Below, piece by piece: positions 35,765 to 44,498 of a stretch of 64,000 nt of DNA. This DNA is from Pseudomonadota bacterium (GTDB taxonomy: Bacteria > Pseudomonadota > Alphaproteobacteria > Rhizobiales > Beijerinckiaceae). The DNA lies in NCBI GenBank assembly GCA_023386155.1, contig JAEWKH010000066.1, positions 94,719 to 158,718 on the forward strand, written 5' to 3'. The notes beneath the pieces were generated by a model, which was not told where the DNA came from, did not search any database, and saw only the letters and a program-made list of their open reading frames with translations. A program made the position numbers and the translations under genes. Every line of letters starts with the position of its first letter. The stretch's first letter is position 1.

Positions 35765-35956
35765 ATTGAAAGCCTGGAAGAGGAAAAGGCCGGCATCGCG
35801 GGCGACATCAAGGACGTCTATGCCGAGGCCAAGGGCAACGGCTTCGACACCAAGGTCCTGCGCAAGATCATCTCCCTGCGCAAGCGCGACTACGCCGAGC
35901 GCCAGGAGGAGGAGGCGATCCTCGAACTCTACATGCAGGCCCTCGGTATGGTCTGA
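35765..35956 (+). pseudogene. gapR: 5'-truncated resident gapR (DUF2312) remnant
   Basis: My translation in the frame starting at 35768: [62 protein letters not shown]. This corresponds to about residues 27-89 of Caulobacter GapR. An in-frame TAA sits at 35756-35758, and no start codon or N-terminal roughly 26 residues are present. The ORF track reads this region in a different frame. Confidence 0.75.
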
Positions 35957-35980
35957 TCCGTTCCTGCCTTGCGCAGATCA

Positions 35981-36010
35981 AAGGCCCGGCAGGTCGACCT
36001 GCGGGGCCTT
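35981..36010 (+). terminator. hairpin downstream of the gapR remnant (possible intrinsic terminator)
   Basis: AAGGCCCGGCAGG-TCGA-CCTGCGGGGCCTT (one mismatch) followed by TCTC. The T-tract is weak. Confidence 0.4.
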
Positions 36011-36089
36011 TCTCATGTCTGGGGATCCGGCATGCATCCTTCCCGCTCGCCTGCGGCGATCGGGTTTCCTATAAGGAACCAGTCACGAA

Positions 36090-36965
36090 ATGCTGGAGAG
36101 ATGCATGAAGCTCGCCCGGGACCAAGTGTCCGAACCTCTCGACGCGCAGGCGCGTCGGAAAATCGCTCCCGTCATCTGCTACCCGGTCGACACCCTGCCA
36201 CGGCCCGACCTCGCGGCCTATCAGGCGGCTCGCGAAGGCTGGCAGAAGGTCGACGAGGTGATCGTGCCGCCCCGCGATGCGCGCTGCTTCAGCGTGCCGG
36301 CCGGCTGCTTCTTCCGCATCGTCAGCATCGAGGGCCCGCAGGTGGGCGATCTCAACCTCTGGTCGGCGGACGATCTCGACGAGCGCTTCTTCTCCGGCAA
36401 GACCAGGGCTCTCAACGGCACGCATGTGTCGACCGGGGACCAGCTCTGGTCGTCCCTGCCGCATCTGCGGCCGATGGCGACGATTACGCACGACACCCTC
36501 GACTGGTACGGCTTCGACGAGTTCGGCGGTTCCGTCCATGACGTGATCGGCACCCGCTGCGATCCCTACACGCACCGTCTGCTCTCGGGGCACGATTATC
36601 ACCATTGCTGCCACTCGAACCTGACCCGCGCCCTGGCCCACCGGCTGGGTCGCCCCAAGGAGGAGGTCGAGCCGGCCGTGCACGACGTGCTCAACGTCTT
36701 CATGTGCACCGGCTTCACCCGCGACACCGGGCAGTACTTCATGAAGGCGAGCCCGGTCAGGCCGGGCGACCATCTCGAGTTCTTTGCCGAGATCGATCTT
36801 CTGGGCGCGCTCTCCGCCTGTCCGGGCGGCGATTGCAGCGCCGAGCATTCGAGCGATGCGGCGGTCTGCCATCCCCTGCTGGTGGAGGTCTACAGGCCGA
36901 AGGCGCCGCCGCGAGGATGGGCCTCTCCGGCGCGCAATCCTTACGGCCGGCAGCACGGCGAGTAA
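36090..36965 (+). CDS. DUF1989 / urea-carboxylase-associated family protein
   Basis: FFRIVSIEGPQVGDLNLWSADDLDERFFSGKTRALNGTHVSTGDQLWS and VIGTRCDPYT fit DUF1989. An alternative ATG at 36105 has GGAGAG 4 nt upstream. Confidence 0.7.
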   Translation: MLERCMKLARDQVSEPLDAQARRKIAPVICYPVDTLPRPDLAAYQAAREGWQKVDEVIVPPRDARCFSVPAGCFFRIVSIEGPQVGDLNLWSADDLDERFFSGKTRALNGTHVSTGDQLWSSLPHLRPMATITHDTLDWYGFDEFGGSVHDVIGTRCDPYTHRLLSGHDYHHCCHSNLTRALAHRLGRPKEEVEPAVHDVLNVFMCTGFTRDTGQYFMKASPVRPGDHLEFFAEIDLLGALSACPGGDCSAEHSSDAAVCHPLLVEVYRPKAPPRGWASPARNPYGRQHGE

Positions 36966-36997
36966 GCCTTTTTTCTGGAAGGGAACAGGCTGAAATG

Positions 36998-37025
36998 CAA
37001 AAGGGCTCCGAAAGGAGCCCTTTTT
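36998..37025. terminator. bidirectional intrinsic terminator
   Basis: CAAAAGGGCTCC-GAAA-GGAGCCCTTTTT between convergent genes. Confidence 0.7.
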
Positions 37026-37026
37026 C

Positions 37027-38679
37027 TTATCGCACGACGGGGAGCGGCTTGACCGCCGGTCCCGTGAAGCGGTTCGTTGCCAGATCGCCCACGGGCTTGC
37101 TCGAGAAGCCCATATGCAGGCTGGGCTCCGCCGACATGAGCGCACTGAGGGCCGTGGTCGGAGGCTTCTTCGCCGCCGGGGGTGCCTTGGCCTCGGGGGC
37201 GGCTGCGGGCGTTGCCTTGGCCGGCGCCTTGGGGGTCGATCCGGTGACGGGAATATCGACCGGGCTTGCGGCGGCGACCACGATGGGGCGCAGGTTCGGC
37301 CGCGGCGGCGGCAAGGGGTGCTGGACCGCCGCCACCTCGACAGGGCCGCGCAGCTCGGGAAGGCCGGGGATCGGGTTCGAGGCCGCGAGCGAGCCCGGGC
37401 GGGCCGGCGGAAGCGGAGCATAGGCGAGGGCGACGGGTCCGGCGTCGGGCTCGAGGCCCGTGTCATCCGCATCGGGCCGCCGCGGCGGCACGGGCGCGAA
37501 GGCCATTCCCTTGGCGATGGACATCGCGGGCTGCGCCTCCGGCCCCTGCTGCCAGGCCAGGGCCGGTCCGGATGCGGTCTGCACGGTGCCGGGGGCGCCG
37601 TTGATCCGGGTCGGCGGCAGCGGCGCGGAGGCCGGCGGCGTCAGGTCCTCACGCAGGGCCGGGGCCATGGCGGCGACGACCGCAGGAGCGGGCGGCTCGG
37701 GCCGCGGCTGGATCGCCACCGGGGCCCGGCGCGCCGGCTCGGGAGCCTGGCCCGGCTGGAGGGCGGCGTAGACCGAGGAACTGGAATCGCTGGCATAATA
37801 GTTCTGCGCCGGCGGCTGCTGGCGGGAGGCGACGAGCGCCCGGCCCGGCCGCGAGGCGACGCGGATCTCCTCCGCATCCTCGTTCTCGTCCTCGTCGAGA
37901 CCGAACAGGGTGGCCCAGAAGCTCTTGCGGCGCGGCTGGTTGGCGATGGCCTCCTCGGCATCCGCATAGGCCGTGTAGCCGGCCACCGTGCCTCCCTTGG
38001 CGAGCACCTCGGCGCGGGCCGCGTCATAGCCTGGAAGGGGCCGGCCGTCGGCGGGGATGTGGACGGTCTTGCCGTCGGGGAAGATGCTCGCGAGCTGGGT
38101 GCGGGTCATGCGCGGCCAGGCGCGCACGCTGCCCACATCGAGGTGGACGAAAGGCGTGTAGGCATTGGGGTAATAGCCGACGCCGCCGTTCTGCAACCGC
38201 ATGCCGATGGCGCGCAGGCGTGCCGTGGACACGTCCGGAAGGTAGAAGTCCATGGCCTTGCCCTGCATGTGCTGGCTGTTCTTGGCCACGGCGCTGGAGC
38301 GCCGACGGAGCATGGAATTGGTCCCAGGGGAGCGGTAGCCCGAGTTCACATGGACCGGCTGGCTCGATCCGGATTCGCGATAGACCTCCCATACCGTATC
38401 GAACAGGCGCGGATCCATACGGGTGGGCTCGTCGCGGCGCCAGTCGCGCAGGAACCAGTTGAGCTGCTGGAGAGCGCCGGAATCGTACTGGCCGTTGCGC
38501 CGGAAGGTGACGGTGAGGCTTTCCTTGGTGTTGTTGTTGTAGAGGCTCAGCGTGCGGGTGTCGCCGTTCGCAACCGCGTCCTGCGTGCCGCGCGCCCCGC
38601 CTATCATGACGGCCAGAAAGGCCGCGAGACCGATGCCGGCACGGCGCGCTGAAACACCGGACCCGAAAGTGGTTTCCAC
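37027..38679 (-). CDS. DUF882 / peptidase M15A family peptidoglycan endopeptidase (MepK-like) with Tat-type signal and a long Pro/Ala-rich C-terminal tail
   Basis: YRSPGTNSML...SQHMQGKAMDFYLPDV...GGVGYYP...FVHLDVGSVRAW (H-x6-D...H zinc site) and the twin-arginine SARRAGIGLAAFLAV. The start is uncertain. The in-frame GTG at 38679 is preferred, because the ATG at 38790 would translate the intergenic repeat element. Confidence 0.8.
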   Translation of the reverse strand: METTFGSGVSARRAGIGLAAFLAVMIGGARGTQDAVANGDTRTLSLYNNNTKESLTVTFRRNGQYDSGALQQLNWFLRDWRRDEPTRMDPRLFDTVWEVYRESGSSQPVHVNSGYRSPGTNSMLRRRSSAVAKNSQHMQGKAMDFYLPDVSTARLRAIGMRLQNGGVGYYPNAYTPFVHLDVGSVRAWPRMTRTQLASIFPDGKTVHIPADGRPLPGYDAARAEVLAKGGTVAGYTAYADAEEAIANQPRRKSFWATLFGLDEDENEDAEEIRVASRPGRALVASRQQPPAQNYYASDSSSSVYAALQPGQAPEPARRAPVAIQPRPEPPAPAVVAAMAPALREDLTPPASAPLPPTRINGAPGTVQTASGPALAWQQGPEAQPAMSIAKGMAFAPVPPRRPDADDTGLEPDAGPVALAYAPLPPARPGSLAASNPIPGLPELRGPVEVAAVQHPLPPPRPNLRPIVVAAASPVDIPVTGSTPKAPAKATPAAAPEAKAPPAAKKPPTTALSALMSAEPSLHMGFSSKPVGDLATNRFTGPAVKPLPVVR

Positions 38680-38763
38680 TCTCGGGATGGATCCGATGCT
38701 CCGCTCCTCGAAAGGCGCGTCGCCCGGCGCAAAAAACCGGATCCACTTTTTCGCGCGATGCGC
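38655..38763 (-). repeat. about 110-bp structured intergenic repeat, copy A
   Basis: The reverse complement reads GCGCATCGCGCGAAAAAGTGGATCCGGTTTTTTGCG...GAGCATCGGATCCATCCCGAGAGTGGAAACCACTTTCGGGTCCGGTG. It aligns along its full length with copies B and C. Confidence 0.8.
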
Positions 38764-38924
38764 CAAGCGGTCCGTACGCAATACTCTCACTGTGACACTC
38801 GTCTTTACTCGGCTGCACCCGCGGATGCAGAAACCCTTATGGTGAAAGGATATTTGCCGAAGACGGTTACCTTCCCGTTAAGTGAGGGAAAGAAATTGGC
38901 CGAAAAAGTCCAGGTAGGAGGAGG

Positions 38925-40706
38925 CTATTCGGACAGGCTCAGGGCGGCGCGGACCTTGCGGTCGAGCCCGTAGAGATCCTCGAATCGCTTCACCTCGCCC
39001 TTCTCGTCGATGGTGAGCGTGAAGTAGGTCAGGTGCACGGGCAGGGGGGTGGCCAGATTAACGTAGCGCTCGCCCTTGCCGATGAGCCCACGCAGCTTCT
39101 GACCGGACCACTTGCCGTCCTTGCCCATGATCACGTCCGCAAGCTCGAAGGGCTTGTCCACGCGCACGCAGCCATGGCTGAGGGCACGCTTGCTGGCCGA
39201 GAAGAGATTGCGGTTCGGCGTGTCGTGCAGGTAGACCGCATGCTGGTTCGGGAACATGAACTTCACGAAGCCCAGCGCATTGCGCTCGCCGGGCGGCTGC
39301 TGCACCGTGATCCGGTCGCCCCTGCGGATGATCTTGTAGCCCTTCTTCGCGGCGTAATACGGATCGTTGGCCAGGGCGGGAAGGATCTCCTTCTTCATGA
39401 TCGACGGCGGGATCGTCCAGGACGGATTCACCACGAGATACTTCATGGTATCGGAGAAGATCGGGGTCTGCGACTTCTCCTTGCCGACGATCACGCGGGC
39501 CTGGTGGACGACGCTGCCGTCCTCGATCACCTGCAGGCGGAATTCGGGCACGTTCACCATGATGTGCCGCTGCCCCAGATCGGCCGGCAGCCAGCGCCAG
39601 CGCTCCATGTTGGCGATCAGGTCCGATTGCCGCTGCGCCACCGACGGGCCGGAGAGGGCGGCCACCGTCTGGGCATTGAGAACGCCCGTGGTCGGCAGGC
39701 CCTTCTCCTTCTGGAAGGCGGCCACGGCCGAGGCCAGGCGCTCGTCGTAGACCGTCTGATTGTCCGCGTCCCTCGTGAGGTTGAACCGCGCGCGGATCAG
39801 AGGCACGCGCGGATCCTTCATGCCCACGCGCAGGATCGGTCCTCTGGGCAGGCGCACGCTCGGCTGCGAGGGATGGTTCTCGCGCAAACTCGCCAGCCGC
39901 TCCTTCAACGCCCTGTAGCCGGGATGAGGCGGGTTGTAGGCCTCGAGGGCTCCGCCCGCATCCCCGGCGGACGAGATCCTGCCCAGCACCTCGTCAACCT
40001 CCGGGATGGCGAGCTTCGGGGTCACCAGCGGCGAGAGGCGGGCGAGGTCGATTCGCGCCCCGCGGGCATCGCGGGCATAGCGGATCACGGACAGCGAGAG
40101 CTTCACATCGGCCTTGGCCCATTGCGCCGGCGTCGCATTCTTGCGCAGGCCCCTGTCGGGCAGGGGGTAATCGGCAGGGTCGAGGCCATCCTCGTCGGCG
40201 GCCCTCAGGCGCTCCATCGCGCCCTGCGCGGCGGGAGACCAGATGCCGTCCTGCGCCCAGACGAGAGGGCGCTCGGCCTGTGCGTAATAGGCGGACAGAG
40301 CCTCCCGGTCCTTGCCGCTCACGCGCAACTCGCGCATGGCGGCGTCGTCCGCGAACAGGCCCTCCACGGCGATGCGGACGAGATCCGCCTGCATCAGGGC
40401 CGTCACGGGGGCAGCCTCGGGCAGCGGAATGTCGATGGCAGGAGCGGGCTTCAGATCGACCGATTCGATGACGACCGGCGCAGGCTCGGGCGCTGTGACG
40501 GGCTGCGAGACCGCATCCTTCTGCCCGGGAGCCCCCTGGACGGCAACGTCGTGGAAGGAGGGCTCCGCAGGAGCGGGCTGAACGATACCGTCCTGGCGGC
40601 CGCCTGCGTCTTCCGCCAGGACGGAAAGGGGAAGGAGGGAGACGGATCCGATGAGACCAAGCCAAAATGCGGTCTTGCGCAGGTCACGCATGATCTTGCT
40701 CCTCAT
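38925..40706 (-). CDS. L,D-transpeptidase with peptidoglycan-binding domain (YcbB/LdtD-like)
   Basis: YkuD catalytic motif HDTPNRNLFSASKRALSHGCVRV. PG_binding_1 motif AVAAFQKEKGLPTTGVLNAQTVAAL. N-terminal signal peptide. Confidence 0.85.
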   Translation of the reverse strand: MRSKIMRDLRKTAFWLGLIGSVSLLPLSVLAEDAGGRQDGIVQPAPAEPSFHDVAVQGAPGQKDAVSQPVTAPEPAPVVIESVDLKPAPAIDIPLPEAAPVTALMQADLVRIAVEGLFADDAAMRELRVSGKDREALSAYYAQAERPLVWAQDGIWSPAAQGAMERLRAADEDGLDPADYPLPDRGLRKNATPAQWAKADVKLSLSVIRYARDARGARIDLARLSPLVTPKLAIPEVDEVLGRISSAGDAGGALEAYNPPHPGYRALKERLASLRENHPSQPSVRLPRGPILRVGMKDPRVPLIRARFNLTRDADNQTVYDERLASAVAAFQKEKGLPTTGVLNAQTVAALSGPSVAQRQSDLIANMERWRWLPADLGQRHIMVNVPEFRLQVIEDGSVVHQARVIVGKEKSQTPIFSDTMKYLVVNPSWTIPPSIMKKEILPALANDPYYAAKKGYKIIRRGDRITVQQPPGERNALGFVKFMFPNQHAVYLHDTPNRNLFSASKRALSHGCVRVDKPFELADVIMGKDGKWSGQKLRGLIGKGERYVNLATPLPVHLTYFTLTIDEKGEVKRFEDLYGLDRKVRAALSLSE

Positions 40707-40984
40707 CGCAATGAAGGTGGAGACCGGAACAGTCTCCCGTCAAATGGATTTCGTCAGTGTTCCCGCACACGTTCTGTTACGCTTAACGCGCGAAACGCCG
40801 TGCGGCTTCATCGTCTAGGCCAAGTTCTTTCAATTTTCTGTAAAGGGCCGCAGGGCGCATGCGCCCGTACCGCCGTGCAGCGGCGACCCGCGGCCCTCCG
40901 CCGATATGGGTTGATCCGGAGAGCGCGACGGCCAATATGTGTGCAGGACCATTTCCTTAGACCCTCCCAGGCAGGCCATCGCCC

Positions 40985-42838
40985 GTGACCTCTCAGAACG
41001 TTTCTCCCTTGCACCACCCGTCCACCGCCGGCGCCGCACAGGCCGAACTCGGGTCGCTGCCGGAATGGGACCTGTCCCATCTCTATCCCGGCATGGACAG
41101 CGAGGCCTTCAGGCGCGACCTCGCCAGGGCGGAAGCCGAGTGCAAGGCCTTCGCCGCTGCCTATCGCGGCAAGCTCGATGAGATGGCGCGGGGCGACAAG
41201 GCCTCTGGACGGCTGGACGAGGTTGTGAGGCGCTACGAGGCGATCGAGGACCTTCTCGGCCGCCTCATGTCCTATGCGGGCCTCATCTATTCCGGCGACA
41301 CCACCGATCCGGTCCGGGCGAAGTTCTATGGCGATACCCAGGAACGCCTGACCGCCGCCTCGACGGAGCTCCTCTTCTTCGCGCTCGAACTCAACCGCAT
41401 CGACGACGCGGTTCTCGACAAGGCCATGAGCGAGGAGCCGCTGAAGCATTACAGGCCCTGGATCGAGGACCTGCGCAAGGACAAGCCGTTCCAGCTCGAG
41501 GACAAGATCGAGCAGCTCTTCCACGAGAAGTCGGTGACCGGCCGCTCGGCCTGGAACCGCCTGTTCGACGAGACCATCGCGTCCCTGCGCTTCACGGTGC
41601 GAGGCGAGGAACTGCCCATCGAGCCGACCCTGAACAAGCTTCAGGATCCGGACGAGAGCGTGCGCAAGGACGCGTCCGACGCCCTGGCCAAGACCTTCAA
41701 GGCCAATCTTCGCACCTTCACCCTCATCACCAACACGCTCGCCAAGGACAAGGAAATATCCGACCGCTGGCGCGGCTTCGAGGACGTGGCCGATTCCCGC
41801 CATCTGGCGAACCGGGTCGAGCGCGAGGTCGTGGAGGCGATGGTCTCGGCCGTGCGCGAGGCCTATCCGCGCCTGTCGCACCGCTACTACGCCCTGAAGG
41901 CCAAGTGGTTCGGCAAGGACAAACTCGACCATTGGGACCGCAACGCCCCCCTGCCGAAGGTCGAGCAGCGCACCATTCCCTGGAACGACGCGAAGGACAC
42001 CGTGCTCTCGGCCTATTCGGCCTTCTCGCCGCGCATGGCCGACATTGCGAAGCGCTTCTTCGACGAGGGCTGGATCGATGCGCCGACCCGTCCGGGCAAG
42101 GCGCCCGGCGCCTTCGCCCATCCGACGGTGCCCTCCGCCCATCCCTACGTGCTCCTGAACTACCAGGGCAAGCCGCGGGACGTGATGACGCTGGCCCACG
42201 AGCTGGGTCACGGGGTGCATCAGGTCATGGCCAGCCCCAACGGCGCCCTCATGGCGCCCACACCCTTGACGCTCGCCGAGACGGCATCCGTCTTCGGCGA
42301 GATGCTCACCTTCCGCCGCCTCCTCGACCAGACAACCAACCCGGTGCAGCGCAAGGCGATGCTGGCGGCGAAAGTCGAGGACATGCTCAACACGGTGGTG
42401 CGCCAGATCGCGTTCTATTCCTTCGAGCGCAAGGTGCATGTGGAGCGCCGCAACGGCGAGCTCACGGCGGACAAGCTGTGCGAGCTCTGGATGTCGGTGC
42501 AGGACGAATCGCTGGGTCCGGCGATACGCCTGGGTCCGGGCTACGAGAGCTTCTGGACCTATATCCCGCACTTCATCCACTCGCCGTTCTATGTCTACGC
42601 CTATGCCTTCGGCGACTGCCTCGTGAACTCGCTCTACGGCGTCTATGAACGCTCCAACGAAGGCTTCGTGGACCGCTATTTCGCGCTTCTCTCGGCGGGC
42701 GGCACCAAGCACTACTCGGAACTCCTCGCGCCCTTCGGCCTTAATGCCGGCGACCCGTCCTTCTGGCAGATCGGTCTGTCGATGATCGAGCGCCTGATCG
42801 GCGAGCTGGAGACGATGGAAAGGGACACGCCGCGATGA
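40985..42838 (+). CDS. pepF: oligoendopeptidase F family (M3B) metallopeptidase
   Basis: 617 aa. LAHELGHGVH (HExxH), and overall length typical of PepF. Confidence 0.85.
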   Translation: MTSQNVSPLHHPSTAGAAQAELGSLPEWDLSHLYPGMDSEAFRRDLARAEAECKAFAAAYRGKLDEMARGDKASGRLDEVVRRYEAIEDLLGRLMSYAGLIYSGDTTDPVRAKFYGDTQERLTAASTELLFFALELNRIDDAVLDKAMSEEPLKHYRPWIEDLRKDKPFQLEDKIEQLFHEKSVTGRSAWNRLFDETIASLRFTVRGEELPIEPTLNKLQDPDESVRKDASDALAKTFKANLRTFTLITNTLAKDKEISDRWRGFEDVADSRHLANRVEREVVEAMVSAVREAYPRLSHRYYALKAKWFGKDKLDHWDRNAPLPKVEQRTIPWNDAKDTVLSAYSAFSPRMADIAKRFFDEGWIDAPTRPGKAPGAFAHPTVPSAHPYVLLNYQGKPRDVMTLAHELGHGVHQVMASPNGALMAPTPLTLAETASVFGEMLTFRRLLDQTTNPVQRKAMLAAKVEDMLNTVVRQIAFYSFERKVHVERRNGELTADKLCELWMSVQDESLGPAIRLGPGYESFWTYIPHFIHSPFYVYAYAFGDCLVNSLYGVYERSNEGFVDRYFALLSAGGTKHYSELLAPFGLNAGDPSFWQIGLSMIERLIGELETMERDTPR

Positions 42839-42958
42839 GTCCTCAGGGCGCCTGCGCCTGAACCGCCAGCATGGTTGCGCCTGCACAATGTCGAGGCGAT
42901 CTGTTCCGTGACAGATCGCCGGCAATCTGGTTTTCGATTTTCGGGAAGAGCCCTCCGC

Positions 42959-44326
42959 ATGGCCGATCGTGACAACGAAGCAAACCGCTTCTCCGCCCGC
43001 GCCGCCCGCTATGCCCGCGTGGGCGCCAATATGGGCGGGGTCGCGGCCCGCATGGCCGGTTCGCGGCTGTTCGGGGGCGATGCGCGCGATGCGTCCAACG
43101 CGGCGGTGCTGGCGCAGGCGCTCGGCGGGCTGAAAGGCCCGATCATGAAGGTGGCGCAGCTTCTGGCCACCATCCCGGACCTCATCCCGCCGGAATATGC
43201 CGCCGAGCTGCAGAAGCTCCAGAGCGAGGCCCCGCCCATGGGGGCGGCCTTCGTGAAGCGGCGCATGCAGGCGGAGCTGGGGCCGCAATGGCAGGGCCGG
43301 TTCGGCTCCTTCGACCTCAATCCCGCGGCGGCCGCCTCGCTCGGCCAGGTCCATCGCGCGACCACGAAGGACGGCGAGAAGCTCGCCTGCAAGCTGCAAT
43401 ATCCCGACATGCAGTCGGCCGTGGAGGCGGACCTGCAACAGCTCGAATGGGTCTTCGCCGTGCATCGCCGCATGGATCCCGCCATCGACACCCGGGAGAT
43501 CGCCAAGGAGATCGGCGAGCGGGTGCGCGAGGAGCTCGATTACGAGCGCGAGGCGAAGCACGCAGCGCTCTATGCCCAGACCCTCGCGGACGTGGAGGAG
43601 GTCCGGGTCCCGCGGGTCCATCCCGAATTGTCCACTCGGCGGCTCCTATCGCTCGAATGGCTGGAGGGCGAGAAGATCCTCGGGTTCACCGAGGCCCCGG
43701 TCGAGATCCGCAACCGGCTGGCGGTGGCCATGTTCAAGGCCTGGTGGCACCCCTTCAGCCACGCGGCCGTCATCCATGGGGATCCGCATCTGGGCAATTA
43801 CACGGTCTTCTCCGAGGACGGGGAGGCGAGGGGCATCAATCTCCTCGACTACGGCTGCATCCGCATCTTCCATCCGCGCTTCGTCGGCGGCGTGGTCGAC
43901 CTCTACCGCGGGCTCCAGACCGACGACCGGGCCCGCGTCGTCCACGCCTACGAGACCTGGGGCTTCAAGAGCCTGTCGAACGAGCTGATCGACATCCTCA
44001 ACATCTGGGCCCGCTTCATCTATGCCCCGCTCCTCGACGACCGGGTCCGCACGGTGGCCGACGGCGTGAAGCCCGGCGAATACGGACGCCGCCAGGCCTT
44101 CGAGGTCCACAGGGCCCTGAAGGAGAAGGGCCCCGTCACCGTCCCGCGCGAGTTCGTGTTCATGGACCGGGCCGCCGTGGGACTGGGGGCGGTCTTCCTG
44201 CACCTCAAGGCCGAGCTGAACTACCACCGGCTGTTCGAAGACGAGATCGAGCGCTTCTCCCTGGAGACCCTGGAGCAGAAGCAGAAAGAGGCGCTGGAAG
44301 CTTCCGGTTTACCAAATCCTGTGTAA
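42959..44326 (+). CDS. ABC1/UbiB-family atypical kinase-like protein
   Basis: GPIMKVAQLLATIPDLIPPEYAAELQKLQ, AASLGQVHRATTKDGEKLACKLQYP and VIHGDPHLGNY. ATG at 42959 is preferred. Confidence 0.8.
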   Translation: MADRDNEANRFSARAARYARVGANMGGVAARMAGSRLFGGDARDASNAAVLAQALGGLKGPIMKVAQLLATIPDLIPPEYAAELQKLQSEAPPMGAAFVKRRMQAELGPQWQGRFGSFDLNPAAAASLGQVHRATTKDGEKLACKLQYPDMQSAVEADLQQLEWVFAVHRRMDPAIDTREIAKEIGERVREELDYEREAKHAALYAQTLADVEEVRVPRVHPELSTRRLLSLEWLEGEKILGFTEAPVEIRNRLAVAMFKAWWHPFSHAAVIHGDPHLGNYTVFSEDGEARGINLLDYGCIRIFHPRFVGGVVDLYRGLQTDDRARVVHAYETWGFKSLSNELIDILNIWARFIYAPLLDDRVRTVADGVKPGEYGRRQAFEVHRALKEKGPVTVPREFVFMDRAAVGLGAVFLHLKAELNYHRLFEDEIERFSLETLEQKQKEALEASGLPNPV

Positions 44327-44374
44327 TGAGGTTGCATCTTTCGCCGTTCGGCCTTAGGGCATGACCAAGCGTCA

Positions 44375-44486
44375 GTGCATCGTGCGGAAAAGTGGGTCCG
44401 GTTTTCCGTGAAGAACGATGCGCTCATCAAAAGAGAAAGCATCGGATGGATCCCAAAAGTGGATTCCACTTTTGGGTCCGATGCTC
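44375..44486 (+). repeat. about 110-bp structured intergenic repeat, copy B
   Basis: GTGCATCGTGCGGAAAAGTGGGTCCGGTTTTCCG...AGCATCGGATGGATCCCAAAAGTGGATTCCACTTTTGGGTCCGATGCTC. It ends 12 nt before the glycosyltransferase ATG. Confidence 0.8.
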
Positions 44487-44498
44487 GAGGGGCAGCCG

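Noticed and set aside
35700-35800. Possibility that the compositional jump is an assembly or chimeric-join artefact
   Set aside because: Not fully excluded. However, the break falls inside a recognisable gene whose paralogue lies 330 bp away, and the AT-rich end looks like a genuine element terminus. Read mapping across 35,700-35,800 would settle it.
35766-36074. 102-aa ORF-track protein ([15 protein letters not shown]...)
   Set aside because: It is the wrong frame of the gapR remnant. The +2 frame gives a clean GapR/DUF2312 C-terminal sequence ending at 35956.
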